From Coraliomargaritaceae bacterium (GTDB taxonomy: Bacteria > Verrucomicrobiota > Verrucomicrobiia > Opitutales > Coraliomargaritaceae): a stretch of DNA of 64,000 nt. Shown here piece after piece: positions 42,894 to 53,322 of the stretch (position 1 is its first letter; each line of letters starts with the position of its first letter). Under the pieces are notes generated by a model. The model was given only the letters and a program-made list of their open reading frames with translations. It did not search any database and was not told the DNA's origin. Position numbers and translations under genes: made by a program. The stretch is taken from the NCBI GenBank assembly GCA_965656495.1, contig CBFHKU010000004.1:64001-128000 (forward strand). Reading direction: 5' to 3'.

Positions 42894-43934
42894 CTAGGCA
42901 AATTGTTTCAGGAAACGCAGGTCGTTCTGATAGTAATAGCGAATATCGTCCACGCCCTGCAGAATCATCGCAATGCGCTCAATCCCCATTCCGAAGGCAA
43001 AGCCTGTGTAAACCTTCGGGTCGATTCCCACCGCCTTGAAAACTTCCGGGTCCACCATGCCGCAACCCATAATCTCAAGCCATTTGTTGCTCAATTTACC
43101 TAAGTCCGGAGAATAAAAATCCATTTCAAAGCTCGGCTCCGTGAACGGGAAAAAACTGGGACGTAAACGGGTGCGCGCCTTTGCCCCAAAAATTGTTTTC
43201 ACGAAATGATCCAGTGTGGCCTTCAAGTCGATCAAAGTCACATCGCGATCGACGTAGAGCCCTTCAATTTGATGGAAATTCGCGCTGTGCGTCGCGTCGG
43301 GCGTGTCCCGCCGGAAACAGCGCCCCGGTGCGATAATCCGAATCGGTGGCTTGCGTTCCAGCATCGTACGAATCTGCACCGTCGAGGTGTGCGTGCGCAG
43401 CAGGTATTGTTCATCCGCATGCTTGCTCACGTTCTGCATCTCCAAATCCTTGGGCAGGTAATAGGAATCCTGCATGTCCCTCGCGGGGTGATCCTTCGGA
43501 ATGTTGAGTGCATCAAAACAAAAATGCTCGGTTTCTACCTCCGTCGCTTCCGCCACCGAGAACCCAATGCGTTGAAAGAGTGCGACCATTTCTTCCCGCA
43601 CCTGCGCGATCGGATGCAGCACCCCCCGGTCCAGTTCGGGTGACGGCAAAGTTGGATCGATCGCCGGGCCAATTTTTGACGCCAGCTCGGCAGCTTCGAT
43701 CTTAGCCAAGGCCGCCGATAAAGCCTCCGTCACTGCTGACTTCGCTTCGTTTATCAACTTACCCATCGCAGGCTTTTCTTCCTTGGGAACCTTGCCCATC
43801 GACTTCATGACGGCAGTCAGCGAACCGTTAGGCCCCTGAATAGTAGCCTTAAAAGCCTCAAATTCGGCACGATTTTCGATTCGGGGAGCACCCTCCTGAA
43901 CCTCCGCAATGATTGTTTCCAACGCCTCTTTCAT
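42894..43934 (-). CDS. pheS: Phenylalanine--tRNA ligase alpha subunit
   Basis: HPARDMQD, LRTHTS, FPFTEPS, GFAFGMGIER. Confidence 0.98.
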   Translation of the reverse strand: MKEALETIIAEVQEGAPRIENRAEFEAFKATIQGPNGSLTAVMKSMGKVPKEEKPAMGKLINEAKSAVTEALSAALAKIEAAELASKIGPAIDPTLPSPELDRGVLHPIAQVREEMVALFQRIGFSVAEATEVETEHFCFDALNIPKDHPARDMQDSYYLPKDLEMQNVSKHADEQYLLRTHTSTVQIRTMLERKPPIRIIAPGRCFRRDTPDATHSANFHQIEGLYVDRDVTLIDLKATLDHFVKTIFGAKARTRLRPSFFPFTEPSFEMDFYSPDLGKLSNKWLEIMGCGMVDPEVFKAVGIDPKVYTGFAFGMGIERIAMILQGVDDIRYYYQNDLRFLKQFA

Positions 43935-44018
43935 TTTATAAATTTAAATTACGCACTTGAAAATCCACAGCCTCGAAATTTTGTCGAGACGGATTTAGCG
44001 CCCTCATTCCTGCATCCC

Positions 44019-44384
44019 TCATAGTTCAACCTCGCGGGCATCTTTCCACAATTGATCCAGCCGGTAAAATTCACGCATTACCTCCGTCTGCAGATGCACC
44101 ATAAAATCAAACGCATCCACCACCAACCAACCGCTGCCCAATTCCCGGTCCTGACCCACCAATTCAACCCCACTCTCCTTAAGTGTGGCATCTAGAGCGG
44201 ACTTGAGCGCCTTCACATGCGGCTCGGAAGTACCCGTCGCCAACACAAGGAAATCCGTGATGGATGATTGCGAACTTACATCCAGCACGCGGATTTTCTC
44301 CGCTTTTTTATCCTCGAGGGCTGTGACCACCGACTGAATATCCTTCAAAGCGGGGTGATTGTTTTGCATGGCTTGGGTCGACAT
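44019..44384 (-). CDS. rsfS: Ribosome silencing factor
   Basis: LEDKKAEKI, FLVLATGTS, REFYRLDQLW; downstream of nadD. Confidence 0.93.
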   Translation of the reverse strand: MSTQAMQNNHPALKDIQSVVTALEDKKAEKIRVLDVSSQSSITDFLVLATGTSEPHVKALKSALDATLKESGVELVGQDRELGSGWLVVDAFDFMVHLQTEVMREFYRLDQLWKDAREVEL

Positions 44385-44398
44385 TGTATTATTCAAAG

Positions 44399-45016
44399 CT
44401 ATGGCTTATAAAGACCTTCACGCAAAATGAAAGCATCAAGTCCACGCGGCAGGTACCCTTCGGGGATTTCACCCTTCGCAAACGCATCACGTATTGCACT
44501 CGAGCTGATATCCATCAGCGGTGCATCGACCTCGATATATTTCAAACCGGCTACCTCGGGTGCGACCACCGAGGCCTCCGCCCGTCTGAAAACGGCAAAG
44601 GTCAGCAGCGATGCCAGGCGTTCAATCTCGCGCCAACGCCCCAACTGTTCAAATTGATCGGCCCCCAAAATCCAGAAAAGCTCCGCACCCGGAAAACGTT
44701 CGCCGAAATGCAAGGCGGTCTCGACGGAATAACTGACCCCACCTCGCTCAAGCTCATAGGGATCAATGAAAAAACCCGCTTCACCCTCAATTGCCTGAGC
44801 CAGCATCGCCCGGCGCTGGGAACCGCTTGCCCCTGGCGCGGATTCCTTGATCGGTGACTGTGCGTTGGGAATGAAAATGACCTGGTCCAAACTCAGCGCT
44901 TCACGGACGCGCCGTGCGATTTCCAAATGCGCACAATGAACCGGGTCAAAGGTTCCCCCAAAGAGACCCACCCGAAGTGCCTTGCCTGCATCGCCTTCAA
45001 ATTGGGAATCCATCAC
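44399..45016 (-). CDS. nadD: Nicotinate-nucleotide adenylyltransferase
   Basis: GGTFDPVHCAH, ILGAD, ISSSAIR. Confidence 0.95.
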   Translation of the reverse strand: MMDSQFEGDAGKALRVGLFGGTFDPVHCAHLEIARRVREALSLDQVIFIPNAQSPIKESAPGASGSQRRAMLAQAIEGEAGFFIDPYELERGGVSYSVETALHFGERFPGAELFWILGADQFEQLGRWREIERLASLLTFAVFRRAEASVVAPEVAGLKYIEVDAPLMDISSSAIRDAFAKGEIPEGYLPRGLDAFILREGLYKP

Positions 45017-45076
45017 TTTGTTTTGACCTCATTCACTTTGATCGCCATGTCAGAATCTTTCCTCCTCATTAAAAAC

Positions 45077-45733
45077 ATGCAAACCGAATCCAAAGATGGA
45101 CAAGCAAGCCTTGCCGAGGTCCTGCGCTCCGCCCTCCAACTGCCGGAAGGCGCAAACCAGAACATCGGCACTTTATCCCGCGAAGTGGGTGAAAAAGGAT
45201 TTGGTCTGCTGCTCATGATTTTATCCCTGCCCAGCGCCCTCCCCGTTCCGGCACCGGGCTACAGCACGCCATTCGGGGTCGCAATTCTCCTCATCGCACT
45301 CCAAATGCTAAGCGGACGCCGCGATCTTTGGCTCCCACAGCGAATCCAAGGGGTGCAAATCCCATCGGGTCTGGCCAAGCGCATGGCTGCTGCTGCCGAC
45401 AAATTTCTGCGCGCAACCGAACGTTGGATCAAGCCGCGCCATAAGTGGATTGCCTCGCCCGCCGGTCACGCCGGTCTTGCGATCGTGGTTGCCGTGATGG
45501 CGGCACTGATGATGCTCCCCATCCCCCTGACCAATACCTTTCCGGCGATGGTCATCTTTTTAATCGGCATCGGCCTCGCCGAAGAAGACGGCTTGCTCGC
45601 CATAGTGGCATTCGCCATCGGCCTGATTGCGATCCTGCTCTACGCCTATATCATTTATCTACTGGTTACCCAGGGACCGGAGGCCATTGATCAGCTCAAG
45701 CACTGGATCAAAGGCCTGTTGAACCTCAGCTGA
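45077..45733 (+). CDS. ExoD-family membrane protein
   Basis: GFGLLLMILSLP, LWLP, LPIPLTNTFPA, EEDG; start may be 45047. Confidence 0.85.
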   Translation: MQTESKDGQASLAEVLRSALQLPEGANQNIGTLSREVGEKGFGLLLMILSLPSALPVPAPGYSTPFGVAILLIALQMLSGRRDLWLPQRIQGVQIPSGLAKRMAAAADKFLRATERWIKPRHKWIASPAGHAGLAIVVAVMAALMMLPIPLTNTFPAMVIFLIGIGLAEEDGLLAIVAFAIGLIAILLYAYIIYLLVTQGPEAIDQLKHWIKGLLNLS

Positions 45734-45743
45734 GTCCAAGCGC

Positions 45744-47501
45744 TTATACGGGGGTCTTCAAGTCACCCGTGTCTGCATGGAAAGGACTCTCTGCGGTGGT
45801 TGCGGCCACATAGCCCTTCCGCACCGTAAAGTCACCAAAGCGCTCGCCATCCTCGCGTTCCTTCGCGTAGGCCAACAGAATCGGCTCCAGCGTCTCAAGG
45901 ATTTCCTCGTGCGTGATCGAAGTGCGATACAGTTTGTTGAGTCGCGCACCGTCAAACCCGGCACCCAGATAAAGATTATACTTGCCGGGCACCTTGCCCA
46001 CCAAGCCGATTTCTCCCAAATATGGACGACCGCATCCATTCGGGCAACCGGTCGAGCGAATAATGATCTCATCTTCCCGTAAACCCGCTTTCTCCAAAAT
46101 CAACTCCAGATCCGTCACCAGATTGGGCAAGTAACGCTCCGATTCCGCCAGCGCCAAGCCGCAGGTCGGCAAGGCCACACAGGCAATTTGACTGCGCCGC
46201 ATTCCGGATGCCGTCCGGTAGCCGTCCAGTTTGTATTCCGCCACGAGGCGATCGATGTCCTCGCGGTCCGCGGCCTCAATATTTGCCAAAATTAAATTCT
46301 GATTCGGGGTCAGGCGGAATTCACATTTTCCGGTTTCGGCAATAGCACGCAGCCCACTCTTCAACGGCAGCCCTTCAAGGTCAACAATCCGACCGCCCTC
46401 AATAAAGAGCCCCAAGTTCCATTTACCATTGCTTCCCTCAGACCAACCGTAGCTGTCTCCATTGCTTTCAAATTTAAAGGCGTGGGCATCCTCCAGGGCA
46501 TAGCCCAAGCGCTTTTCTAATTCGCTTCGGATAAAGGCAACGCCCCGATCCTCCACCGTGTATTTGAAGCGGGCATGTGCGCGCTCCACCCGATCGCCGT
46601 AGTCCCGTTGAATCGCCACAATCTTCTCTGAAACCTCCACGACCTGTTCCGGTTTACAGAATGCGAGCACGTCCGCCAATCGGGGATAAGTCTTCTCGTT
46701 GCCGTGCGTCATTCCCATGCCCCCGCCAACCGTGATGTTAAACCCGACCAACTTACCCGCCTCAACGACCGCGATGAAGCCGAGGCAGTGCGCAAAAACA
46801 TCGACATCATTCTGCGGCGGAATCGCCACTGCGATTTTGAATTTGCGCGGCAAATACGTTTTTCCGTAAAGCGGTTCGATTTCGTCCCCGCCCATGTCCA
46901 GCGAACGCGGTTCCTGCGAGGCGATCTTTTTACCGTCGAGCCAAATCTCCGAGTAGGCCTTGGTCTGCGGTTTCAAATAGGCATCGATCGCATCTACAAT
47001 TTCCTGAACTTCCTCGTGCACCTGAGACGCCTGTGGGTTGGGTGAACACATGGTATTGCGGTTCACATCGCCGCATGCTGCCAAGGTTGACATCATCGCC
47101 TCGTTCACCGACGAAATCGTCCACTTCAAATTACCCTTAAGAATGCCGTGCAATTGAAAGGCCTGCCGAGTGGTCAACTTAAGGGTGTCAAAGTCGCAGT
47201 ATTGAGCCAGTTTGTCGACCACCAGCCATTGCTCTGCCGTCGCCACCCCGCCGGGCAAACCGATGCGTGCCAAAAAGGAGTATGCCTTGTCGAGCTTGTG
47301 CTTCCGGCGATCGTTGCGAACATCCCGGTTGTCCTGCTGGTAAATACCGTGGAATTTCGTCAACTGTTGATCGTCCGCATCGATCGAACCCTGCGAAGCG
47401 TCCGCCAAACCTTCCAGAATGGTTCCGCGCAGGTAGTTGCTGCCGGTTTTAATACCCTCATTTTTATGAAGTTTTGCTGCGCCTTGGCTGTCAGAAATCA
47501 T
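45744..47501 (-). CDS. cysI: Assimilatory sulfite reductase, hemoprotein subunit
   Basis: KFHGIYQQD, YLPRKFK, CVALPTC, TGCPNGC. Confidence 0.96.
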   Translation of the reverse strand: MISDSQGAAKLHKNEGIKTGSNYLRGTILEGLADASQGSIDADDQQLTKFHGIYQQDNRDVRNDRRKHKLDKAYSFLARIGLPGGVATAEQWLVVDKLAQYCDFDTLKLTTRQAFQLHGILKGNLKWTISSVNEAMMSTLAACGDVNRNTMCSPNPQASQVHEEVQEIVDAIDAYLKPQTKAYSEIWLDGKKIASQEPRSLDMGGDEIEPLYGKTYLPRKFKIAVAIPPQNDVDVFAHCLGFIAVVEAGKLVGFNITVGGGMGMTHGNEKTYPRLADVLAFCKPEQVVEVSEKIVAIQRDYGDRVERAHARFKYTVEDRGVAFIRSELEKRLGYALEDAHAFKFESNGDSYGWSEGSNGKWNLGLFIEGGRIVDLEGLPLKSGLRAIAETGKCEFRLTPNQNLILANIEAADREDIDRLVAEYKLDGYRTASGMRRSQIACVALPTCGLALAESERYLPNLVTDLELILEKAGLREDEIIIRSTGCPNGCGRPYLGEIGLVGKVPGKYNLYLGAGFDGARLNKLYRTSITHEEILETLEPILLAYAKEREDGERFGDFTVRKGYVAATTAESPFHADTGDLKTPV

Positions 47502-47673
47502 GATTGTTTGCTTTGAATGATATTTTCAATATGAGTTTAAGCTCTGTCCTTGCAAATAAACGTGGCATTAATTTGACTCTTTTCTTTAGTTTGTCACTTA
47601 AAAACCTAAGATAACAATTTTAATGCGCTTCGCTTGCGCCCTGCGCCTACAAGTGCCATAACTTTTAGCATCC

Positions 47674-49443
47674 ATGAACGCTTCCAATAACATTCCGGAA
47701 AACGCCCCATTCTCGCCTGAGCAGGCGCGAAACCTTGAGGCGGCATTTAAAGATCTAAAGCCCGAGCAGATCCAGTGGCTTGCCAATTTCTTTGGCGGAC
47801 AAAGCGGCGGAGCCGGCAATGCCAAAAAACCAAAACTCACCGTGCTCTACGGCTCAGAGTCGGGCAATTCCGAAAACCTCGCCAGCCAAACCGCCAAGCA
47901 AGCGAAGCAATTGGGCTTCAAGGCCGACCTCGTCAATATGGCGGATACCACCCCCGAAAAAGTTGCCAACGCCGAAAATTTGCTCGTCCTGGTAAGCACC
48001 TGGGGCGAGGGCGACCCCCCCGAAACTGCCACCGATTTCCACGCCGCCTTCATGGCTGACAATGCCCCCAATATGAACGGTATTCGTTACTCAGTCCTCG
48101 GTCTGGGCGATACCAGCTATGAGCACTTCTGTAAAATGGGTAAGGATTTTGACAGCCAGCTCGAAAAACTGGGAGGCGAGCGCATCTTTGCGCGTGTGGA
48201 CTGCGATGTCGATTTTGATGACAGTTACGCCGCTTGGCTGGACGGATCCCTCGGTGCGCTGGTTAAAGCAGCAGCTCCGGCAGCCGGAGCACTCGAAGCC
48301 ACCGCGCCAGTCGAGGCCGAGCCGACGCAATATTCACGCAAGAACCCCTTTCCCGCCGAACTCAAGGAACGGATCCTTTTGAACGGTCAAGGCTCTGCCA
48401 AGGAAACCATCCACCTTGAATTCAACCTCGAGGGTTCCGGCCTTCAATACAACGTAGGCGATTCACTCGCTGTCATTCCCCACAATGCCACCGATGTGGT
48501 CGAAGCCGTCCTGGAAGCCTCCAAGCTCGACCCCGCCGAAAGCATCACCCTCAAGGATGAAAACTTCACCCTCCAAGAGGCCCTGACTTCGCAACTGGAT
48601 CTGACCGCCCTCTCCAAGCCGGTGCTCAACCGCTACAACGAGATCGCGCAAAGCAAGGACCTCGATGCCATCATCAACGACAAAGAGGCGCTGCTGAAAT
48701 TCATTGAGGGGCGCGACCTTGCGGATCTCCTCAACACTTATCCCGCCTCGGAACTCAAAGCGCAGACCCTCGTTGAATGCCTGCGCAAGCTTCCGCCAAG
48801 ACTTTACTCGATTGCCTCCAGTCTCAAAGCACACGAAGAAGAAGTGCATTTGACGGTTGGGGTCGTGCGTTACGACAGTCATGGGCGCGCGCGCAAAGGC
48901 GTCTGCTCCACCTATCTCGCCGACCGTATTCAAACCGGTGAAACCGCCAGCGTCTTCGTAACAGCCAACAAAAACTTCAAGCTACCGGAAAACCCGGAGA
49001 CCCCCATCATCATGGTCGGCCCCGGCACCGGCATCGCTCCCTTCCGCGCATTCATCGAGGAACGTGCCGCGACCGGCGCAACCGGCGAGAACTGGCTATT
49101 TTTTGGTGACCAGCATTACCAAACCGATTTCCTCTACCAACTCGAATGGCAAGACTACCTGAAGGACGGCCTCCTCACCAAACTCGATGTGGCCTTTTCA
49201 CGCGACCAACCCCACAAGGTGTATGTTCAGGACCGCATGCGTGAAAACAGCAAAGCACTATTCGAATGGTTGCAAAAAGGCGCGGTATTTTACGTCTGCG
49301 GCGATGCCTCGCGCATGGCGCATGATGTCGATCAGGCGCTCCATGAAATTGTGGCACAGGAAGGTGAACTCAGCGAGGAAGCCGCCGCCGAATACGTCAA
49401 GGCATTGAAAAGCGAGAAACGCTACCTGCGCGACGTTTACTAG
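47674..49443 (+). CDS. cysJ: Sulfite reductase, flavoprotein subunit
   Basis: YGSESGNS flavodoxin motif, PRLYSIASS, GPGTGIAPFR, RYLRDVY. Confidence 0.95.
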   Translation: MNASNNIPENAPFSPEQARNLEAAFKDLKPEQIQWLANFFGGQSGGAGNAKKPKLTVLYGSESGNSENLASQTAKQAKQLGFKADLVNMADTTPEKVANAENLLVLVSTWGEGDPPETATDFHAAFMADNAPNMNGIRYSVLGLGDTSYEHFCKMGKDFDSQLEKLGGERIFARVDCDVDFDDSYAAWLDGSLGALVKAAAPAAGALEATAPVEAEPTQYSRKNPFPAELKERILLNGQGSAKETIHLEFNLEGSGLQYNVGDSLAVIPHNATDVVEAVLEASKLDPAESITLKDENFTLQEALTSQLDLTALSKPVLNRYNEIAQSKDLDAIINDKEALLKFIEGRDLADLLNTYPASELKAQTLVECLRKLPPRLYSIASSLKAHEEEVHLTVGVVRYDSHGRARKGVCSTYLADRIQTGETASVFVTANKNFKLPENPETPIIMVGPGTGIAPFRAFIEERAATGATGENWLFFGDQHYQTDFLYQLEWQDYLKDGLLTKLDVAFSRDQPHKVYVQDRMRENSKALFEWLQKGAVFYVCGDASRMAHDVDQALHEIVAQEGELSEEAAAEYVKALKSEKRYLRDVY

Positions 49444-50819
49444 ATCTCCAGCGCACGACAAAGAAGACCGTGCAATTGATAGTTCTCAATGTAGGCGGGA
49501 ACCCCATTCGCTCCCGGCCCAATCGCTGCCAATTCCACATGTTCGGCGGTGTGATTGTGAGAGGTCCAGCCCACTGCAGTCGCCGCCTCTAGTTCAGCCT
49601 GAAAGCTATCCGCTAAGACCCCCGCCAGATAATCCATCGGCTCCGCTAATTGCGCATTAAAAGCTGCAACTTTTGCTTCGGGCAAATCAATCCCTGTAAC
49701 CGATTTAAAGTAGGCGGAATCCAGACTGCCGACCCGCTCAACCTCGCGGGCAATGGCTTCAAGGCTCGCCGTTACCGAGTTTAGCTTATCGAGCGCCGCC
49801 CCGCTTCCATTATAGCTCTTACCCGTACCATTGAGCTGGCAGCCCCCGGTTCCGTGATCCGTGGTAACGACCAAAAGCGTGTCGGGGTGCCCTTTGCAAA
49901 ATTCAAGGGCTGTCTCGATACAGCGGTCAAACTCCAGTTGCTCGTGCAGGATTGCCGCCCCATCGTTGACATGTCCGGCATGATCGATCCTTCCCGCCTC
50001 CACCTGCAAAACAAAGCCCGCTTTGTTGCCGGACAAGCGTTTCAGCGCCGCCTCAAACATGACCTCCAGACCCGGAATGTCCGCCAAGGCTGCATCATTT
50101 GAACGATCCAGCGCATAAGGCAGGTGATCCTCATAATATAAACCCAGAAGAGGCCCACTTTGCCCGGACAGTTTCTGCAAGTCCCCGACGGTCTCACTGA
50201 TGGCATAACCTTTACTCGCAAACGCAGGCAGCAAATCACGCGTCTCGGATTTAAAATGGCGACGGCCTCCGCCCAACAGGACATCGACCCCCCGCTCGAG
50301 ATATTGCAGCGCAATGTCATCCTCCAAATCCCGGTGTGCGACATTTGCCACAAATGCTGCCGGGGTGGCATGTGTGATGCGGCAGGTGCTCACACACCCC
50401 GTCACTTTTCCGGCTTTTTTAGCCCGCACAAATATCGGCTCCAGTGATTCACCCTTGGGATTAACATTGATCGCGCCGTTGTTGATGCGCTGGCCGCAAC
50501 CCCAGGCGCTACCCGCCGCCGCCGAATCCGTAACGGGCGAACTCGCGGAGGCTGTGCCCTGTAAAGCGCGCCGCACCCCGGGCCGTTCAAGCAGTTGCAC
50601 CCAATTGAGCGCCGATCCGGCATTTTTCAAACGCCAGTAGTGCGCCAGAGAAAGCGTCCCGGTCCCCATCCCGTCCGCAACCAGAAAAATCATATTCTTC
50701 GCGGATTGCCCCGCAGGGGGCGTTGCTGCCGTAGCGGAATGGCCAAGCATCCCGGCAAAACCCGCCAAACCGGCACCCTTGATGAAATTGCGGCGACTGT
50801 TTTCGGATCCTTGATTCAT
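49440..50819 (-). CDS. Alkaline phosphatase (PhoA family) with Tat signal
   Basis: SRRNFIK; FLVADGMG, VTDSAAAG, THATPA, EAGRIDHAGH, TTDHG. Confidence 0.92.
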   Translation of the reverse strand: MNQGSENSRRNFIKGAGLAGFAGMLGHSATAATPPAGQSAKNMIFLVADGMGTGTLSLAHYWRLKNAGSALNWVQLLERPGVRRALQGTASASSPVTDSAAAGSAWGCGQRINNGAINVNPKGESLEPIFVRAKKAGKVTGCVSTCRITHATPAAFVANVAHRDLEDDIALQYLERGVDVLLGGGRRHFKSETRDLLPAFASKGYAISETVGDLQKLSGQSGPLLGLYYEDHLPYALDRSNDAALADIPGLEVMFEAALKRLSGNKAGFVLQVEAGRIDHAGHVNDGAAILHEQLEFDRCIETALEFCKGHPDTLLVVTTDHGTGGCQLNGTGKSYNGSGAALDKLNSVTASLEAIAREVERVGSLDSAYFKSVTGIDLPEAKVAAFNAQLAEPMDYLAGVLADSFQAELEAATAVGWTSHNHTAEHVELAAIGPGANGVPAYIENYQLHGLLCRALEI

Positions 50820-50854
50820 AGTTTTAAGCGGTTAAGAGAATCGCGAGACGGGTA

Positions 50855-51535
50855 TCACCTATCTTTCTCAGCCGACGCGGTATACCATTCCTGCACCAAC
50901 TCCATGATAGCTTCAACTGAATCCGCCTGCTCAAACTCAAGTGATGCTGAGTTGATGCAATACCGCAAACCACCCGGCCCGGGGCCATCCGGGAAAACAT
51001 GCCCTTGATGCGAACCACAGACCGCGCAATGCACCTCGGTGCGAATCATGCCATAGCTTACATCCCGATGTTCCCCCAAAGTACGCGCGTCAATGGGCTT
51101 GGAAAAGCTCGGCCAACCCGTCCCGGAATCAAATTTATCGGTGCTGCTGAATAACGGTGTGGCGCAGCCGATACAGCGATACAAGCCGATGGCTTTGTTA
51201 TCGTGGTAGGGGTTTTGGAAAGGACGCTCGGTGCCCTGCTCACGCGCCACTTTATATTGTAATTCGGTAAGGCGGGCACGCCACTCCGCTTCGCTGCGTT
51301 GCACCGGGAAGTCGCCGCTTGAAAGATCGACATGCGAAGGCATTGCACAGGCACTCGCGCAGGCCGATACATCCGCCTGCAAGCCTTCGCCTTTTTTTTC
51401 TGGACTGGAATCATTTTCAACCACCGCATTCAAAATATATATAAATGCGCTGAAGCCAAGTACCGGTAGGAGAAATTTCCACGATACCCCAATACTCCCT
51501 ATAAAGGACTGAAGGCGCTTTTTATGTGTACTCAT
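50855..51535 (-). CDS. msrB: Methionine-R-sulfoxide reductase with N-terminal membrane anchor
   Basis: GTERPF, two CxxC motifs, [21 protein letters not shown]. Confidence 0.93.
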   Translation of the reverse strand: MSTHKKRLQSFIGSIGVSWKFLLPVLGFSAFIYILNAVVENDSSPEKKGEGLQADVSACASACAMPSHVDLSSGDFPVQRSEAEWRARLTELQYKVAREQGTERPFQNPYHDNKAIGLYRCIGCATPLFSSTDKFDSGTGWPSFSKPIDARTLGEHRDVSYGMIRTEVHCAVCGSHQGHVFPDGPGPGGLRYCINSASLEFEQADSVEAIMELVQEWYTASAEKDR

Positions 51536-51566
51536 GCTGCTTATACTTCTGTTAAACTTCCTATAT

Positions 51567-51905
51567 TTAAGACTGTTTTTCGTTCTCAAAGATCCGATCT
51601 TTTGCATCGACATGACGCATTTCAGTCGGTTTCCCGTTAAATCGTTTTTTAAAGTCTGTGAGCACCGCCTCACCAACCCGCTCCAGCGCGGCCTCCACTG
51701 ACATCAAAGGCGCTTGGTTTTCGACCGGTGCCATAGCCCCCGATCCTCGTTTTGGCGCATCTGACACCGCAACTTCCGCCGCCTCTGCGTAATCGACCGG
51801 TTCCTCCGCAATCGCAATGGTCGCTTCCTTAAACTCTTTTTCTTCAGCAGGTTCTACCCCTGGTACCACCAGCGCGGGCAAATTTAACTCACGTAGATTC
51901 AGTTT
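51567..51905 (-). CDS. Probable DnaX C-terminal extension in the -1 frame (listed as ORF 51567-51881)
   Basis: Frame is open back through the A10 run at the dnaX 3' end; Ala/Pro/Glu-rich linker followed by a short domain. Confidence 0.6.
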   Translation of the reverse strand, partial: KLNLRELNLPALVVPGVEPAEEKEFKEATIAIAEEPVDYAEAAEVAVSDAPKRGSGAMAPVENQAPLMSVEAALERVGEAVLTDFKKRFNGKPTEMRHVDAKDRIFENEKQS

Positions 51906-53041
51906 TTTTTTTGGTCGCTTCCGCCTTCAGATGCCGTGGCATTTCCCGCGAGCTGTTTCAAGACCGTATCAATCGCACGGGAGCGTGATTCCTCCGCAGC
52001 TTTCAGTAAAACCACCTCAAAGTTCACTTTTTCCGATAAACCGCGTTGCACACTGGCACCCCCCTCATGCAGGGCATCCAGCATCCGCATCAAGGATTCC
52101 GTCGTCAAAGCTGTGCCCAGTTGTTCCGTGCTTCCATTGTTGTGAATCGCATCCAACAAGGCACGGCGCACCTCCGCCTCCAAATCGATCAAAATGCGAT
52201 ACAAGTCCCGACCCTCGCCTACAAAGCTATCGACCGCCGCGATAATCGCCGCAAAATCCAAGGTTCCCAATGCCCCCGCAAGTTGCGTGATCCGCTCCGC
52301 AGAAACCAATCCATACACGTCCAAAACATCCTGCTCCGCGATTTCCTTGCCGCAGAAGGATATCATTTGATCCAAAATGGACTGCGAGTCACGCATTCCC
52401 CCGTTGGCGAGCCGGGCGACCGCCGCCAAAGCCTCCGGCGCTACTTTAATACCCTCCGCATTTGCAATGGTGGCAAGCTTCTCCACCATCACCTCGTCCG
52501 GGATGGGCCGGAATTCAAACCGTTGGCAACGGGAAACAATGGTGGGCAGCACTTTGTGTGATTCCGTCGTTGCAAAAATAAAGATCACATGCGGCGGCGG
52601 TTCCTCAAGGGTCTTAAGGAGCGCGTTGAAAGCCGCAGTCGAGAGCATGTGTACTTCATCGATAATGTAGATCTTGTAACTACATTGAGTCGGCGCGTAT
52701 TGGCAGTCCTCCCGCAATTCCCGAACCTGATCGACGCTGTTATTGGAAGCACCATCGATCTCAATGACATCCATGCAGGACCCATTCATGATGGCCTGGC
52801 TGATCTCTGAGTCATTGTCGGGGGCAACACTCGGTCCGCCCTCGGCATTGAGCGATTTCGCAAAGAGTCGCGCCGAACTCGTCTTTCCGGTGCCACGTGG
52901 TCCAACAAAGAGATAGGCATGGGCAATGCGTTTGCTCTCAATCGCATTGCGCAGGGTTTGAACGATGTGATCCTGACCCACCAGTTCATCGAACTGTTTC
53001 GGACGCCAGCGGCGGGCGATGACTTGATAAGCTTGCTCCAT
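51899..53041 (-). CDS. dnaX: DNA polymerase III subunit gamma/tau (zero-frame product 380 aa)
   Basis: [36 protein letters not shown]. Confidence 0.97.
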   Translation of the reverse strand: MEQAYQVIARRWRPKQFDELVGQDHIVQTLRNAIESKRIAHAYLFVGPRGTGKTSSARLFAKSLNAEGGPSVAPDNDSEISQAIMNGSCMDVIEIDGASNNSVDQVRELREDCQYAPTQCSYKIYIIDEVHMLSTAAFNALLKTLEEPPPHVIFIFATTESHKVLPTIVSRCQRFEFRPIPDEVMVEKLATIANAEGIKVAPEALAAVARLANGGMRDSQSILDQMISFCGKEIAEQDVLDVYGLVSAERITQLAGALGTLDFAAIIAAVDSFVGEGRDLYRILIDLEAEVRRALLDAIHNNGSTEQLGTALTTESLMRMLDALHEGGASVQRGLSEKVNFEVVLLKAAEESRSRAIDTVLKQLAGNATASEGGSDQKKN

Positions 53042-53125
53042 GCAATTAATAAAAAAGCCGACATCCTGAGCCGCTGGCAAGTGGTTTCATAAAAAAAGCC
53101 CTTGCGCTGCCTAAAAGGCAAAAAA

Positions 53126-53226
53126 AGTGGCCAGGCACCCTACGGCACATGTGGATCAAACTACCGCTGCTCCCTTCCGGGCCTGACGGGGTTTATTTGT
53201 CCGGCATTGCATAGGACCCGGCCACT
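53126..53226 (-). ncRNA. ffs: Signal recognition particle RNA (4.5S)
   Basis: Minus strand has TCAGGCCCGGAAGGGAGCAGC (domain IV) and a terminal helix AGTGGCCGGG...CCTGGCCACT; upstream of dnaX. Confidence 0.93.
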
Positions 53227-53322
53227 GAACAGCCAACTACAGGCGGACCCTAAGCTCAACCCTAAAATAGGATTTGCCCCCAACGCCTCCTCTGCTTGTC
53301 TTTTCCTATGTCCTTTGAAGCG

